A stretch of 50,844 nucleotides of DNA from Gammaproteobacteria bacterium (GTDB taxonomy: Bacteria > Pseudomonadota > Gammaproteobacteria > Arenicellales > JAOTWM01): contig JAOTWM010000001.1 of the NCBI GenBank assembly GCA_029862885.1, positions 1 to 50,844 on the forward strand, in the 5' to 3' direction. Below are positions 1 to 9,630 of this stretch, piece after piece. Below the pieces are notes generated by a model, which saw only the letters and a list, made by a program, of their open reading frames with translations, had not been told where the DNA came from and made no database searches. The position numbers were made by a program, and so were the translations under genes. Positions within the stretch are counted from its first letter, which is position 1. Each line of letters opens with the position of its first letter.

Positions 1-244
1 GCCCGGATATTTCACCAAGGCGGACCCTGTATTCGGAGCAACGGTTAAAATTCAATTCATTAGGCGGGGATTTGGGTTTTGGTGGAAAACACAGTTTGTC
101 CTGACCGAATTGAGACTCAACTTGGCTTCACATCTTGAACGATTCATCTCAATCCATAGCTACGGCTATGGATCTTCAATCGAGCGTCCAACCTGTATTG
201 CCAAATTGACCCTCAACTTCGGACCCTTGATGAATTATCCGGGC
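1..244. mobile_element. MITE-like non-autonomous element, copy A (longer variant)
   Basis: Starts GCCCGGATATTTCACCAAGGCGGACC and ends GATGAATTATCCGGGC at 244, followed by TA. The two ends are inverted repeats of each other (13 of 15 nt). Both ends and an internal block (90-111) match the copy at 4429-4615. No credible ORF. The left flank lies outside the window. Confidence 0.6.
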
Positions 245-741
245 TAGAAGCGTGGGAGTTCGATCTGGTGGCTGGCGTTGCCGCGTTTTAGGGTGATCAT
301 CGCCGGCGCGACGGCAACGAGTTCCCATCCCGCGCTGTCCATGCCGGGCTCCAACCTGACAAATTGCCTGTTCCGTTTGTCCCACAGCAGCGCAAACAGC
401 TCTTCGGCAGTGATCACGGTGCCGAGCAGCGCCCAATCCGGTGCCGGCACCGCCTTGGCTTTAGGCTTTTTCTGGGCGCTGACGGGCGGTTCATACGGCC
501 GGCGGGTGTTACTGAATAACGGCCGCTCGACGAGCTCGGCAAACGCATCAATAGGCGGAAGCTCAAAATCCCCGCGGGGCAAGTCGACGGGCTCCGCGAT
601 GGTATCGCCGCGCCGAACGTGATCGGTGCCATTCCAATCGTGACTCGATCCGAACTCCCAGGTGATGACCAGCGCCATCAGCACGCAGCCGGCCAGCAGG
701 CAAAGCGTGAGCATTCGTGAGCGATGGTTGCGCATGTTCAT
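244..741 (-). CDS. Secretion/pilus assembly accessory protein, GspC/GspN/PilP-like (single N-terminal TM, C-terminal beta domain)
   Basis: 165 aa with an N-terminal hydrophobic anchor (LTLCLLAGCVLMALVI) and a Pro/Lys-rich linker. The C-terminal segment LLGTVITAEELFALLWDKRNRQFVRLEPG..GWELVAV..ITLKRG resembles the GspC/PilP homology region. Its start overlaps the gspM stop by 4 nt. Confidence 0.45.
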   Translation of the reverse strand: MNMRNHRSRMLTLCLLAGCVLMALVITWEFGSSHDWNGTDHVRRGDTIAEPVDLPRGDFELPPIDAFAELVERPLFSNTRRPYEPPVSAQKKPKAKAVPAPDWALLGTVITAEELFALLWDKRNRQFVRLEPGMDSAGWELVAVAPAMITLKRGNASHQIELPRF

Positions 742-1313
742 GTTGCCGGAGGCCGCAGGTAACCGGTGAGGTCAAATCGCATGTCCAGATGTTGGCCCTT
801 GGCCAGCCCCTGTCGACCCGTGGCGCGCAGGCTCACGTTGTCGATGAACACCAGGGGATGTCCGGCTTCCAAGCGGTGAAACAGCTTCTGGATGGTGTCG
901 CTGTTGCCGCGCATGCGCACCTTCACCGTGGCTTCGACGATGCCGGTGGTTTCCTTCGAGGGCACCGCTTGGGTACTGACCAGGCCGCCCCCGCTTTGGC
1001 CGATGGCGCGTTTTACGTACTGTTGCAGTTCCGCGGCCGCCAGCGCCGGCGTTTCCTGCGCTAGGAAGTTGACCGCCAAAGACGGATCGTCACGCAGCTG
1101 CACGGCGCGATCCACCACCACATCCCGCTGCGAGGCCACTGCGCGATAACGAGCGAGCCGGTCATTAAGCGTCGCAATTTCTTCACGGTAGTTTCCATAG
1201 GCTGCCACGTAAGGGCGCACCAGGCCCAAAAAGATTGCAAGTACGACCACCACCAATAGTGCGATCGCGAGGGCACGGCTGTGACGGGCGGTCAGCGTTC
1301 GCATCGCACTCAA
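738..1313 (-). CDS. gspM: Type II secretion system protein M-like
   Basis: 191 aa with one N-terminal TM (ALAIALLVVVVLAIFLGLV), then a coiled region and an alpha/beta C-terminal domain. It sits between the gspL-like and gspC/N-like genes with 4-nt overlaps on both sides. Confidence 0.5.
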   Translation of the reverse strand: MSAMRTLTARHSRALAIALLVVVVLAIFLGLVRPYVAAYGNYREEIATLNDRLARYRAVASQRDVVVDRAVQLRDDPSLAVNFLAQETPALAAAELQQYVKRAIGQSGGGLVSTQAVPSKETTGIVEATVKVRMRGNSDTIQKLFHRLEAGHPLVFIDNVSLRATGRQGLAKGQHLDMRFDLTGYLRPPAT

Positions 1314-2452
1314 CCTCGTGGACTGATCTCAGTCGCGATTTGGAATCGCTCTTGCTTGGTCCTGAGAATCTGCGTGACCGGCGATACGAACACCGTTTGC
1401 GTAAACAACGGCGACTCCTCGATCAAGCCGATCAGTTCGGATGCCGCGGACGATTCTCCCTGAATGCGCAGCTTCTCGCCTTGCAGCTCTAAACCTCGCA
1501 GCCAGGTGGTATCGGGCAGGATGCGAGCCAGCTCCGTGACCACGTCGATCACGGGCGGTGATACCTGTTTGCGTGCAATGAGCGAACGCGCCTCACTGGA
1601 GCGCGCCGCGAGCTGGTCCTGGAGCTGCGCGACTTGTTCGGCACGCCCGCGTTCGGCATTCAACTGATCGTCTAGCTGCGCGATTGCGCTGTGCATTCGC
1701 ACTAACGGGATCACTAACATGCCGATGATCAAGATGACGGCCAACCCGGCCAACACGGTGTTAACCGACGTCATCAACCGGTCCTGTTTAGCCCGCTGTT
1801 GCGCCGGGAGCAGATTAATACGGGGGTCTTGGCCCCGTTGCGGGTCGCCGACACCGGGCATGACATCCACCGCCGCCAGCGGAACATCAAGCCGCTGCAT
1901 GGTCGCACGTAACGCATCCAACGTTTTACGCGGCACGACCACCAGGTCCACCGCCAGTTCGGTATCGGACGGCGCCGGTTCCAGGAGTTGGAAATCGTAG
2001 TACACGTCGTCCGCCAGAAACGGCGTCTGCCGATCCATTTCAAAGGCCAGCACCTGCCGCAGATTTTCCCGGGCCGCGGCGGGAAGGATGACCCGCCGAC
2101 GCAAAATCTGCTGGTCGGGCAAGCGCAAGATAGCGCCGGCTGTTCCCTCCAGGTAAGGACGCAGCGTGGCGACGGTGACCTGTGCATCGGCAATGTCCGC
2201 GAGCAGGCTCGGGAATCGCCCGATTTCCTCTACCACCTCGCCACGGCACAGCGAACACACCAACTCGTCGCGCTCGACCTGAACAACAACGCACACGCCG
2301 TTGGCGCCGGCGTCGCCGGTCCACTGGCGTGGCAATAAGGCCTTCAGCTCGTGTCCCCACCAACCGAAGAAGTTCTCGGTCACGCGCCGTACCGGTACGC
2401 CGGTCGGCGTCGCTACCGACAACGTCACGGCGCTGCCGGACTCGTCCTGCAT
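1310..2452 (-). CDS. gspL: Type II secretion system protein L-like (PilM/PilN-type cytoplasmic domain + TM + periplasmic domain)
   Basis: 380 aa with a central TM (VLAGLAVILIIGMLVIPLV) followed by a coiled coil (AIAQLDDQLNAERGRAEQVAQLQDQL). It lies immediately upstream of gspM in the same operon and divergent from gspE. Confidence 0.5.
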   Translation of the reverse strand: MQDESGSAVTLSVATPTGVPVRRVTENFFGWWGHELKALLPRQWTGDAGANGVCVVVQVERDELVCSLCRGEVVEEIGRFPSLLADIADAQVTVATLRPYLEGTAGAILRLPDQQILRRRVILPAAARENLRQVLAFEMDRQTPFLADDVYYDFQLLEPAPSDTELAVDLVVVPRKTLDALRATMQRLDVPLAAVDVMPGVGDPQRGQDPRINLLPAQQRAKQDRLMTSVNTVLAGLAVILIIGMLVIPLVRMHSAIAQLDDQLNAERGRAEQVAQLQDQLAARSSEARSLIARKQVSPPVIDVVTELARILPDTTWLRGLELQGEKLRIQGESSAASELIGLIEESPLFTQTVFVSPVTQILRTKQERFQIATEISPRG

Positions 2453-2695
2453 TCTCTAACCCCCGATGTGGACGAAGTATTATGAGGATAATCTTACCAA
2501 TAACTGCCCCCAATTAATAATGGAAGCCGTGGATCGCGGAAGATCTGTTGAGTCGGGCTTAGAACCTGTACGTTTGGCTAGTTTAGGATTGCCCATTCGT
2601 CTAATACGAGGAATTGGTTTTTTCCAGTAGCCTTGATCCAAAGCCTGCGGTTGGACGGGTATTGAATCCAGCCAGCCGGCGGGCGGGGGTACTGT

Positions 2696-4429
2696 ATGAA
2701 CTTCCCGGCATCGAGTAATGAACCGATGGCCGACGCAGAACGCGTCGTGTCGATCGACCCCCTTGGCGCTTTCCTGGTTAAAAAGGGCCAGTTGCGTGCC
2801 CCCGAACTCAAACGCGCACTGACCCTCCTCAAGCCCGGCGAGTGGCTGGGCGCCTTATTGACCAAGCTCGGCTTCGTGTCGGAACGGGACGTCGCCGAGG
2901 GTATCGCGGAGCTACTCAGCACACCTGTGCTGGACACTGGCGCCTACCCTGAGATCGCAGTCATCAGCGTCCAACTGTCGCGGCGTTTCCTCAAGACCGC
3001 CCAGGTCGTCCCAATTGCGGAGGACGAAAAACGGATCGTACTGGCAATGGCAGATCCGCGTGCCGGATACGCCGCGCATGCCGTGTCGGTCGCGTGCGGA
3101 AAACCGGTAGCGAGGTCGCTCGGCTTGCCGTCCGACATCGACGCCGCCATCGAACGGTGTTATGGCAGTGGCCGATCGGCGCTGGGGCAGCTGGTGGAGG
3201 ATGCGGCCCAGGGCGAGGCCGAGACCGAACTCGACGTGGAACAGCTCAAGGACCTCGCGAGCGAGGCGCCGGTGATCCGTCTCGTCAATCTGCTCATCCA
3301 ACGCGCGGCCATGACCCAAGCCTCCGACATCCACATCGAACCCTTCGATGATCGGCTGGTGGTGCGCTACCGGCTTGACGGTGTGTTGCGTTCGGTCGAG
3401 GCGCCGCCGTCGCGCTTTACGCCCGCCATCGTCTCCCGCATCAAGATCATGGCGAAACTCAACATTGCCGAGCGGCGCCTACCGCAAGATGGGCGGATCG
3501 TATTGAAAGTGCAGGGCAAGGAGATCGACCTGCGCGTCTCGACGGTGCCCACGCTGTATGGCGAGAGCGTGGTAATGCGCCTGCTGGATAAGACGATGCT
3601 GCGGCTCGATTTTGCGAAGCTGGGGTTCGAGGAAAAGACGCGCAAAGAGCTTTACAAAATTCTGGACCTTCCCTACGGCATCATCCTCGTCACCGGACCC
3701 ACCGGCAGCGGCAAAACCACGACGCTGTATGCCGCGCTGAACCGCCTCAATACCACGGAACGAAAAATCCTGACGGTGGAGGATCCGGTCGAATATCAGT
3801 TAGAGGGCATCAATCAGATTCAAGTTAAACCGCAAATCGGGCTGAGCTTTGCGAACGCCTTACGATCCATTCTCCGCCAGGACCCGGACATTATCATGAT
3901 CGGCGAGATGCGCGATCTCGAAACCGCGCGCATCGCCGTCCAGTCCGCACTGACCGGTCACATCGTCCTGTCCACCCTGCACACCAATGACGCCGCCAGC
4001 GGCGTGACGCGCCTGTTGGACATGGGGGTGGAAGACTACCTGCTTACCTCCACCGTGAGCGCTATCCTCGCGCAGCGCCTGGTGCGCACGCTGTGTCGCG
4101 CGTGCCGCATTCGCGCCCGGCCTACACCGGCGGTGATCGAAGAGTTTCAGCTCGAACGCATTGCCGGCGGGACCGACGTGACCCTGTATATGCCGGCCGG
4201 CTGCGATCAATGTGACGGAACCGGCTATCGTGGACGCACCGCCGTCATGGAGTTCTTGATCATGAATGAGTCCATCCGCCGGTTAGTGCTGCAGCACGCG
4301 GAAGTCGGCGAGATTCATAAGGCCACCCGCGCCGCCGGCATGCACAGCATGTACGAAGACGGGCTGCGCAAAGCCTTGGCCGGCATCACCACGGTGGAAG
4401 AAGTGCTGCGTGTGACTCAGGATTTTTAG
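2696..4429 (+). CDS. gspE: Type II secretion ATPase GspE family, with N-terminal MshEN/T2SSE_N-like domain
   Basis: 577 aa with Walker A GPTGSGKTTT, Asp/His-box-type motifs (IMIGEMRDLETA, TGHIVLSTLHTNDA) and a C-terminal tetracysteine CRAC...CDQCDGTGYRGR. Confidence 0.9.
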   Translation: MNFPASSNEPMADAERVVSIDPLGAFLVKKGQLRAPELKRALTLLKPGEWLGALLTKLGFVSERDVAEGIAELLSTPVLDTGAYPEIAVISVQLSRRFLKTAQVVPIAEDEKRIVLAMADPRAGYAAHAVSVACGKPVARSLGLPSDIDAAIERCYGSGRSALGQLVEDAAQGEAETELDVEQLKDLASEAPVIRLVNLLIQRAAMTQASDIHIEPFDDRLVVRYRLDGVLRSVEAPPSRFTPAIVSRIKIMAKLNIAERRLPQDGRIVLKVQGKEIDLRVSTVPTLYGESVVMRLLDKTMLRLDFAKLGFEEKTRKELYKILDLPYGIILVTGPTGSGKTTTLYAALNRLNTTERKILTVEDPVEYQLEGINQIQVKPQIGLSFANALRSILRQDPDIIMIGEMRDLETARIAVQSALTGHIVLSTLHTNDAASGVTRLLDMGVEDYLLTSTVSAILAQRLVRTLCRACRIRARPTPAVIEEFQLERIAGGTDVTLYMPAGCDQCDGTGYRGRTAVMEFLIMNESIRRLVLQHAEVGEIHKATRAAGMHSMYEDGLRKALAGITTVEEVLRVTQDF

Positions 4430-4615
4430 CCCGGATATTTCACAAAGGCGGACCATGCACCAAAAATTTTCGCAATATTTGAGCGGTTCAAGGTACGGGG
4501 CGTCCGCACAGTTTATCCTGTTCGGATTCAACCAATCGGCGGTTTTCGGCTTCCCCTCTAACCGCCCTGCGCCTGATTTCCCGTGAAGTCCGAACCCTTC
4601 ATGAATTATCCGGGC
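4429..4615. mobile_element. MITE-like non-autonomous element, copy B, inserted in the gspE-gspF junction
   Basis: The layout is TA-[GCCCGGATATTTCAC...ATGAATTATCCGGGC]-TA. Terminal inverted repeats match 13 of 15 nt, and a TA dinucleotide flanks both sides (4427-4428 and 4616-4617). Removing the element and one TA gives GATTTTTAGCAGCATG, a normal stop-to-start junction. Homologous to 1-244. Confidence 0.65.
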
Positions 4616-4622
4616 TAGCAGC

Positions 4623-5846
4623 ATGTCGTTGTATCGTTACAAGGCGGTGAGCCCGGCAGGGGAAATCGAAGAACGCGAGGTCGACGCCGCCATGCAGTCG
4701 GCGGTAATCATGCAACTGCAAGATGCGGGTTACGTGCCCATTCGTGTGGAGCCCGCCCAGGACACGGCATGGTGGAAAGCGCTCCGGATTCCGTTCCGGG
4801 TGTCACGCGGGCAGCCGTCGACGCGCGACATCGAGGTGTTCACGCGTGAGTTGGCGACCCTGCTGGGTGCCAAGCTGCCACTCGATTACTCCCTGCAAAC
4901 GCTGATGGAAGTCGCGGAAAACGAGTCGCTGCGGCGCTTGACCAACGCGGTGTATGACCGGGTCCGCGATGGCGCGGCATTTTCCGCAGCACTCGAGTCG
5001 GAGCCGGGAGTATTTTCCGGGTTGTATATCAGCATGATCCGCGCCGGAGAGATGGCGGGCAACCTGGACGCCACGCTGGCGCGCCTCGCCGAGTACTTGC
5101 AGCGCATTAAAGACCTACGCGACAGCGTGCTGTCGGCACTCACCTATCCCCTCATCTTGATCGGCGTGGCAGGTATTTCCGTGATCGTGCTGCTCACGTT
5201 CGTGATCCCCCAGTTCTCGCAGATATTTGAGGATATGGGCGCGGCCTTGCCACTCGCCACGCAAATCGTGATCGGCGCGGGCGAGTATTTGCGTAGCTAC
5301 TGGTGGGCCCTGCCGCTCGCGCTGATGGCGGCGATCGCGGGTGTGCGCCTGTGGCTCGCGGACCCGGTGCGCCACGGGCGCTGGGACCGGCGTGTCCTGC
5401 GCCTGCCGTTGATCGGCGATCTGGTGACCAAGGTGGAGGTCGCGCGATTCACCCGCACCCTGGGGATCATGCTGGATAATGGCGTACCGTTGCTGGGCGC
5501 ATTGAACATCGTGAAGGGAAGTATTGGCAATCGCGCGCTCGGCGAGGCAGTGTCGACGAGCAGTGAGCGTCTGCAGGGCGGTCAGGGATTGGCATCGCCG
5601 TTGGCGGAGACCGGATTGTTTCCGAAGCTCGCGACCAAGATGATCCGGGTCGGCGAAGAATCCGGCCAGTTGGAAGCGATGCTCACCCGCGTTGCCGACG
5701 TCTACGATCGGGAAACCCGGCAGGCCGTGCAACGCATGCTCAGCTTGCTCGAGCCGGTCTTGATTATCGGCCTCGGGTTGGTGATCGCCGGCATTATCAT
5801 CTCCATCCTGGTGGCGGTGCTGGGCATGAATCAGTTGGTATTCTAG
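4623..5846 (+). CDS. gspF: Type II secretion inner-membrane platform protein GspF
   Basis: 407 aa showing the duplicated GspF/PilC architecture: two cytoplasmic helical domains plus three TM segments. Contains typical strings RELATLLGAKLPL and FTRTLGIMLDNGVPLL. Confidence 0.9.
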   Translation: MSLYRYKAVSPAGEIEEREVDAAMQSAVIMQLQDAGYVPIRVEPAQDTAWWKALRIPFRVSRGQPSTRDIEVFTRELATLLGAKLPLDYSLQTLMEVAENESLRRLTNAVYDRVRDGAAFSAALESEPGVFSGLYISMIRAGEMAGNLDATLARLAEYLQRIKDLRDSVLSALTYPLILIGVAGISVIVLLTFVIPQFSQIFEDMGAALPLATQIVIGAGEYLRSYWWALPLALMAAIAGVRLWLADPVRHGRWDRRVLRLPLIGDLVTKVEVARFTRTLGIMLDNGVPLLGALNIVKGSIGNRALGEAVSTSSERLQGGQGLASPLAETGLFPKLATKMIRVGEESGQLEAMLTRVADVYDRETRQAVQRMLSLLEPVLIIGLGLVIAGIIISILVAVLGMNQLVF

Positions 5847-5877
5847 CCCGAAATTGACGGCACTCGTGCGGGCACCG

Positions 5878-6921
5878 TTATGGTGCCGGCGTAAGCAGCA
5901 ACTGCGCGCGGCGTGTGACCGGGTCCAAATCCGCGATACGGCGAACACGGGAATAGAATCTCTGCAGATCACCGCCGACAGCGGCGAGTTCGGCTTGCAA
6001 CGCTTCCACTAATTCGTGGTACGCGCCGATCGATACCAAATGCGCATTATTTAAGTCCTGCGCAAACCAATCGTCGTAGCCTGCGTGTGCAAACCGCTCC
6101 GGCAATCGTTGATACGCAGCGCGTAGCGCAGAAAAAATTTCGCGTTTGCGTTCCCGCTTCTCTACATCTGAATCGTTGGCTGCGTACACCGCTTGCAGCC
6201 GCGCGCGGTACTCGAGCACCAGATTGACGATGCGTTCTTCAAGCGCCTTAGTATCAAGGTACGAAATCACACTATCGCCGTTACGCTTTGACCATCGCAT
6301 CATACCTTCGAGTTCGACAACCGTGGCAAACGATTCGTTAAACACCGTATCGTCCTTAATGTAGAGCACCTGGTGGGCCAATTCGTGGAAGATCAATCCG
6401 GCCAGTTGCGCGTCTTCATAGTTCAGCATCGTGCTCAACACCGGATCGTTAAACCAACCCAGTGTCGAATACGCGGATATCCCGGCGACATAAACATCAT
6501 CACCTTGAACTTGTAATTGATCCGCAAATCGCTGCGCCGCCTCAGGAGTAAAATAACCGCGATATACAACACAACCTGCAATCGGAAAACACCACTGTCG
6601 CGGCTCCAGCGACAGTTCCGGCGCGGCAAACACATTCCAAACCACATAGGGCCGGCCGATATCGGCGTAGCGCGTATAGCTCTTGTTATCGGGCAACGCG
6701 AGATGCTCGGTGGCGAACGCCCTGATCTCCAACACCCGACTCAACCACGCTTTCAGGGCCGGATCGACATCGGCGTCGTCGATGATCGACTCGATGGAGC
6801 GGCTTTGCATAATGAGCGCGAATTGGCCGCGGACGGATTGCGCGTAGTAATCCAACGACGAGCAGCCCGCCGCCAATATCGCCGCCAGGAGAATCAGAAG
6901 GCACCTTGACGAGTACCGCAT
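5878..6921 (-). CDS. Predicted lipoprotein zinc aminopeptidase (putative-aminopeptidase family)
   Basis: 347 aa with a lipobox (LAAGCSS) and an HExxH motif (FHELAHQ). The strings WCFPIAGCVVYRGYF and AYSTLGWFNDP are typical of this family as recalled. Confidence 0.7.
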   Translation of the reverse strand: MRYSSRCLLILLAAILAAGCSSLDYYAQSVRGQFALIMQSRSIESIIDDADVDPALKAWLSRVLEIRAFATEHLALPDNKSYTRYADIGRPYVVWNVFAAPELSLEPRQWCFPIAGCVVYRGYFTPEAAQRFADQLQVQGDDVYVAGISAYSTLGWFNDPVLSTMLNYEDAQLAGLIFHELAHQVLYIKDDTVFNESFATVVELEGMMRWSKRNGDSVISYLDTKALEERIVNLVLEYRARLQAVYAANDSDVEKRERKREIFSALRAAYQRLPERFAHAGYDDWFAQDLNNAHLVSIGAYHELVEALQAELAAVGGDLQRFYSRVRRIADLDPVTRRAQLLLTPAP

Positions 6922-6984
6922 TTGCTATGATTCGAGAGCTATGGCGCGCATTTCAATGCCGTTCACCAAGTGCGGCGAACTCCT

Positions 6985-8217
6985 ATGACCAATGCAGAGC
7001 ACGACCTCGAGTGCTATCTCGTGGGCGGCGCGGTGCGCGACCGATTGCTGGGGCTCGAAGTCAAAGACCGCGATTGGATAGTGGTGGGTGCAACTGCGGA
7101 ATCGATGGTGGCACGCGGCTTTAAGCCGGTGGGTAAAGACTTTCCGGTATTTCTGCATCCTGTAACCCATGACGAATACGCGTTGGCGCGCACCGAGCGC
7201 AAGACAGGTCCTGGGTATAAGGGTTTTAGTGTCTACGCGTCAACCGACGTTACCCTGGTGGACGACCTACGACGTCGCGATCTCACAATTAATGCCATGG
7301 CACATAGCCGCGATGGCGGGTTAATCGACCCGTTCGGCGGTGCGGCCGATCTTGATAATCGCATACTTCGACACGTCTCGCCGGCGTTTGCCGAGGACCC
7401 GGTGCGCATCTTGCGAGTCGCCCGGTTTGCCGCGCGTTACGCAGAATTAGGGTTTACCGTCGCCGACGATACTAACGCGCTGATGAGCGCCATGGTAAAC
7501 GAAGGGGAAGTCGATGCATTGGTGGCGGAGCGGGTTTGGACCGAGCTTGAGTCCGCACTTGGCGAATCGCGACCATCGCAGTTTATCGTAACGTTACGGG
7601 AGTGCGGCGCACTGGCGCGCATATTTCCTGAAATCGATCGATTGTTTGGTATACCGCAGGCCACGCGCCGCCACCCGGAGATTGATACCGGGGCACATAC
7701 ACTATTGACTGTCGATCAGGCCGCGGCGGCCAACGCCACGATACGCGCACGATACGCAGCGCTTGTACACGACTTAGGCAAGGGACTGACGCCACCGCAT
7801 CGCTGGCCAAACCACCGCGGCCACGACCGATCAGGCCTTGAGCCAATTCAGACGCTCAGCTCCCGACTACGCGTGCCCAACTCGTTTGTGCGCTTGGCGC
7901 TGCTGGTGTGTGCTCAGCACTTAAAAATGCATCGTCTTGATACACTCAAAGCTGACGCCGTATTAACGCTGCTCGAGTCGCTGGACGCACTACGTCGACC
8001 GGAAATCATCGTCGACTTTAGCGCCGCCTGCCGCGCCGACGCACGCGGTCGTGGCGGCCACGGCACACGACCGTATCCGCAGGCGGAATTGTTGCAGCGT
8101 TGTTGCGAAGCGGCACTACGCGTCAATACCCATACCACCGGCTTGCAAGGCGATGCCATCGGCACGGAGATTAGGCGCCGGCGTGTGATTGCTATCGGCG
8201 AACTACTACGAGGCTGA
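6985..8217 (+). CDS. cca: CCA-adding tRNA nucleotidyltransferase with HD domain
   Basis: The N-terminus reads CYLVGGAVRDRLLG...DRDWIV, followed by RRDLTINAM and a C-terminal HD region (LVHDLGK). ATG 6985 is preferred; an in-frame GTG at 6970 is an alternative start. Confidence 0.9.
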   Translation: MTNAEHDLECYLVGGAVRDRLLGLEVKDRDWIVVGATAESMVARGFKPVGKDFPVFLHPVTHDEYALARTERKTGPGYKGFSVYASTDVTLVDDLRRRDLTINAMAHSRDGGLIDPFGGAADLDNRILRHVSPAFAEDPVRILRVARFAARYAELGFTVADDTNALMSAMVNEGEVDALVAERVWTELESALGESRPSQFIVTLRECGALARIFPEIDRLFGIPQATRRHPEIDTGAHTLLTVDQAAAANATIRARYAALVHDLGKGLTPPHRWPNHRGHDRSGLEPIQTLSSRLRVPNSFVRLALLVCAQHLKMHRLDTLKADAVLTLLESLDALRRPEIIVDFSAACRADARGRGGHGTRPYPQAELLQRCCEAALRVNTHTTGLQGDAIGTEIRRRRVIAIGELLRG

Positions 8218-9630
8218 GGCGTCGGCCAAACTCGTCTGGGCGCTGCTGTGTACGATCGCGGCCTCGACCAGCGTAGCAAACTCACTGCGCCAGCGACGTC
8301 CGGCAATATCCTGCCCGCCACGGCGCAGCGCCGCAAACCGCTGCTCGAATTGCTTACGCATTGGAGCCGGCAACGCTCCGGCTGCACTCGCCACCGCGGC
8401 ATCGCTCACATCGAGTTGCTCGCGGTGTGCATGGGTACGGGCAGCGACGACACGATGATGAAACAATGCCCGACCCAACAACACATACGGAAAATTGCGA
8501 TTCGACATCGGCCCGACTCGTAATTCGGTGCCGCCCAGCGGCAGCCCCAGAATTCGCGCGTCAGACAAGTGCTGCTGCGAATACCACGCGGCGGCGCCCC
8601 CCACCAGTGCGCCGATGCCGGCGCCTAGCATCAGCGATGCACCGCCGAGCGCCATATCCAATCCACTACCTATCGCACCGCCCCCGGCCGCACCGGTCAC
8701 CAGGAGTTGCGTTTTTGACAAACCGAACATGAGCCAGGTCTGTTGTGAAAACAATCCACCACCCATTACATCGAGCTCGGCCTCCTGCCGAACCAGTCCG
8801 TGATAGTCATAGCAGCGCTCGACCACATCCCGGCAACGTCGCTCACGTTTTTGCAACGAATCGCGGTATCTGGCTTCAATGCGCGAGCGGTGATCCTCAG
8901 GCGCCGTGTCCACAGCAATCTTTTTTGTAATACTTGAAGTCAACACATCAATGATCATATCCGTGATCTCGCGCGCGCTCAGCTGCCGGCGATGATGGCG
9001 CTCTCGTTCGAGGCTTGCGATTGCGCGCAACAACGCTTCGCGCCAGTCTTCATTCAATTCGCCGAACGCCCGTAACAATTCCAACTGCTTTTCGAAACGC
9101 GCGGTAAACGCGTTAAAGCGCCGTACGATTCGAAAATATTGTCCGAGCGCACGCGACCATTGTTCGGTATAGTCGGCCGCCCCGATCATATTGATCAACG
9201 CCATGCTCGGTTGGCCAGTCCAACGCAGTATTTCCATCTCCGCTTGATATTCGCTGCCGAACGGCCGCGAACCATCGATGACGTAGAGAATGCCGGCCCC
9301 GTCCAGCAATGGGCTTAATAATTCACATTCATCGGCATACTGATCGCCATTGCGGTGTGCGTCAACAAATTCACGCACGATTTGCGGCCGCTCCGCGGCT
9401 GTGGATTCACGCTCCCGCATCCAAGCCAATACGGAACGGGCACGCTGAAACCCGGGAGTATCGATTAGCTTATATAGCACCTCGCCGTCGACCCGCATCG
9501 GAAACTCGCGACAGGCCACGGTGGTGCCGGGAACCGCGGATATCCGTACACTGTCGTCCTGGGCAAGAGTCGCAACGATACTACTCTTACCCTTGTTGGG
9601 ATGACCAACGACTGCGAATGTCGGGATCAC
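8206..9630 (-). CDS. GTPase with C-terminal membrane-associated domain (GTPase/DUF3482-type)
   Basis: 474 aa with a P-loop GHPNKGKSS, then PGTT and DTPG motifs. A Gly-rich hydrophobic segment lies near the C-terminus (GAAGGGAIGSGLDMALGGASLMLGAGIGALVGGAAAW). The GTG start shares one nt with the upstream gene's TAG stop. Confidence 0.75.
   Translation of the reverse strand: MIPTFAVVGHPNKGKSSIVATLAQDDSVRISAVPGTTVACREFPMRVDGEVLYKLIDTPGFQRARSVLAWMRERESTAAERPQIVREFVDAHRNGDQYADECELLSPLLDGAGILYVIDGSRPFGSEYQAEMEILRWTGQPSMALINMIGAADYTEQWSRALGQYFRIVRRFNAFTARFEKQLELLRAFGELNEDWREALLRAIASLERERHHRRQLSAREITDMIIDVLTSSITKKIAVDTAPEDHRSRIEARYRDSLQKRERRCRDVVERCYDYHGLVRQEAELDVMGGGLFSQQTWLMFGLSKTQLLVTGAAGGGAIGSGLDMALGGASLMLGAGIGALVGGAAAWYSQQHLSDARILGLPLGGTELRVGPMSNRNFPYVLLGRALFHHRVVAARTHAHREQLDVSDAAVASAAGALPAPMRKQFEQRFAALRRGGQDIAGRRWRSEFATLVEAAIVHSSAQTSLADASAS

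Noticed and set aside
5115-5972. 285-aa ORF antisense to gspF
   Set aside because: It lies entirely within and opposite a well-supported gspF gene. Its Arg/His/Gln-rich low-complexity translation is typical of shadow ORFs in GC-rich DNA.
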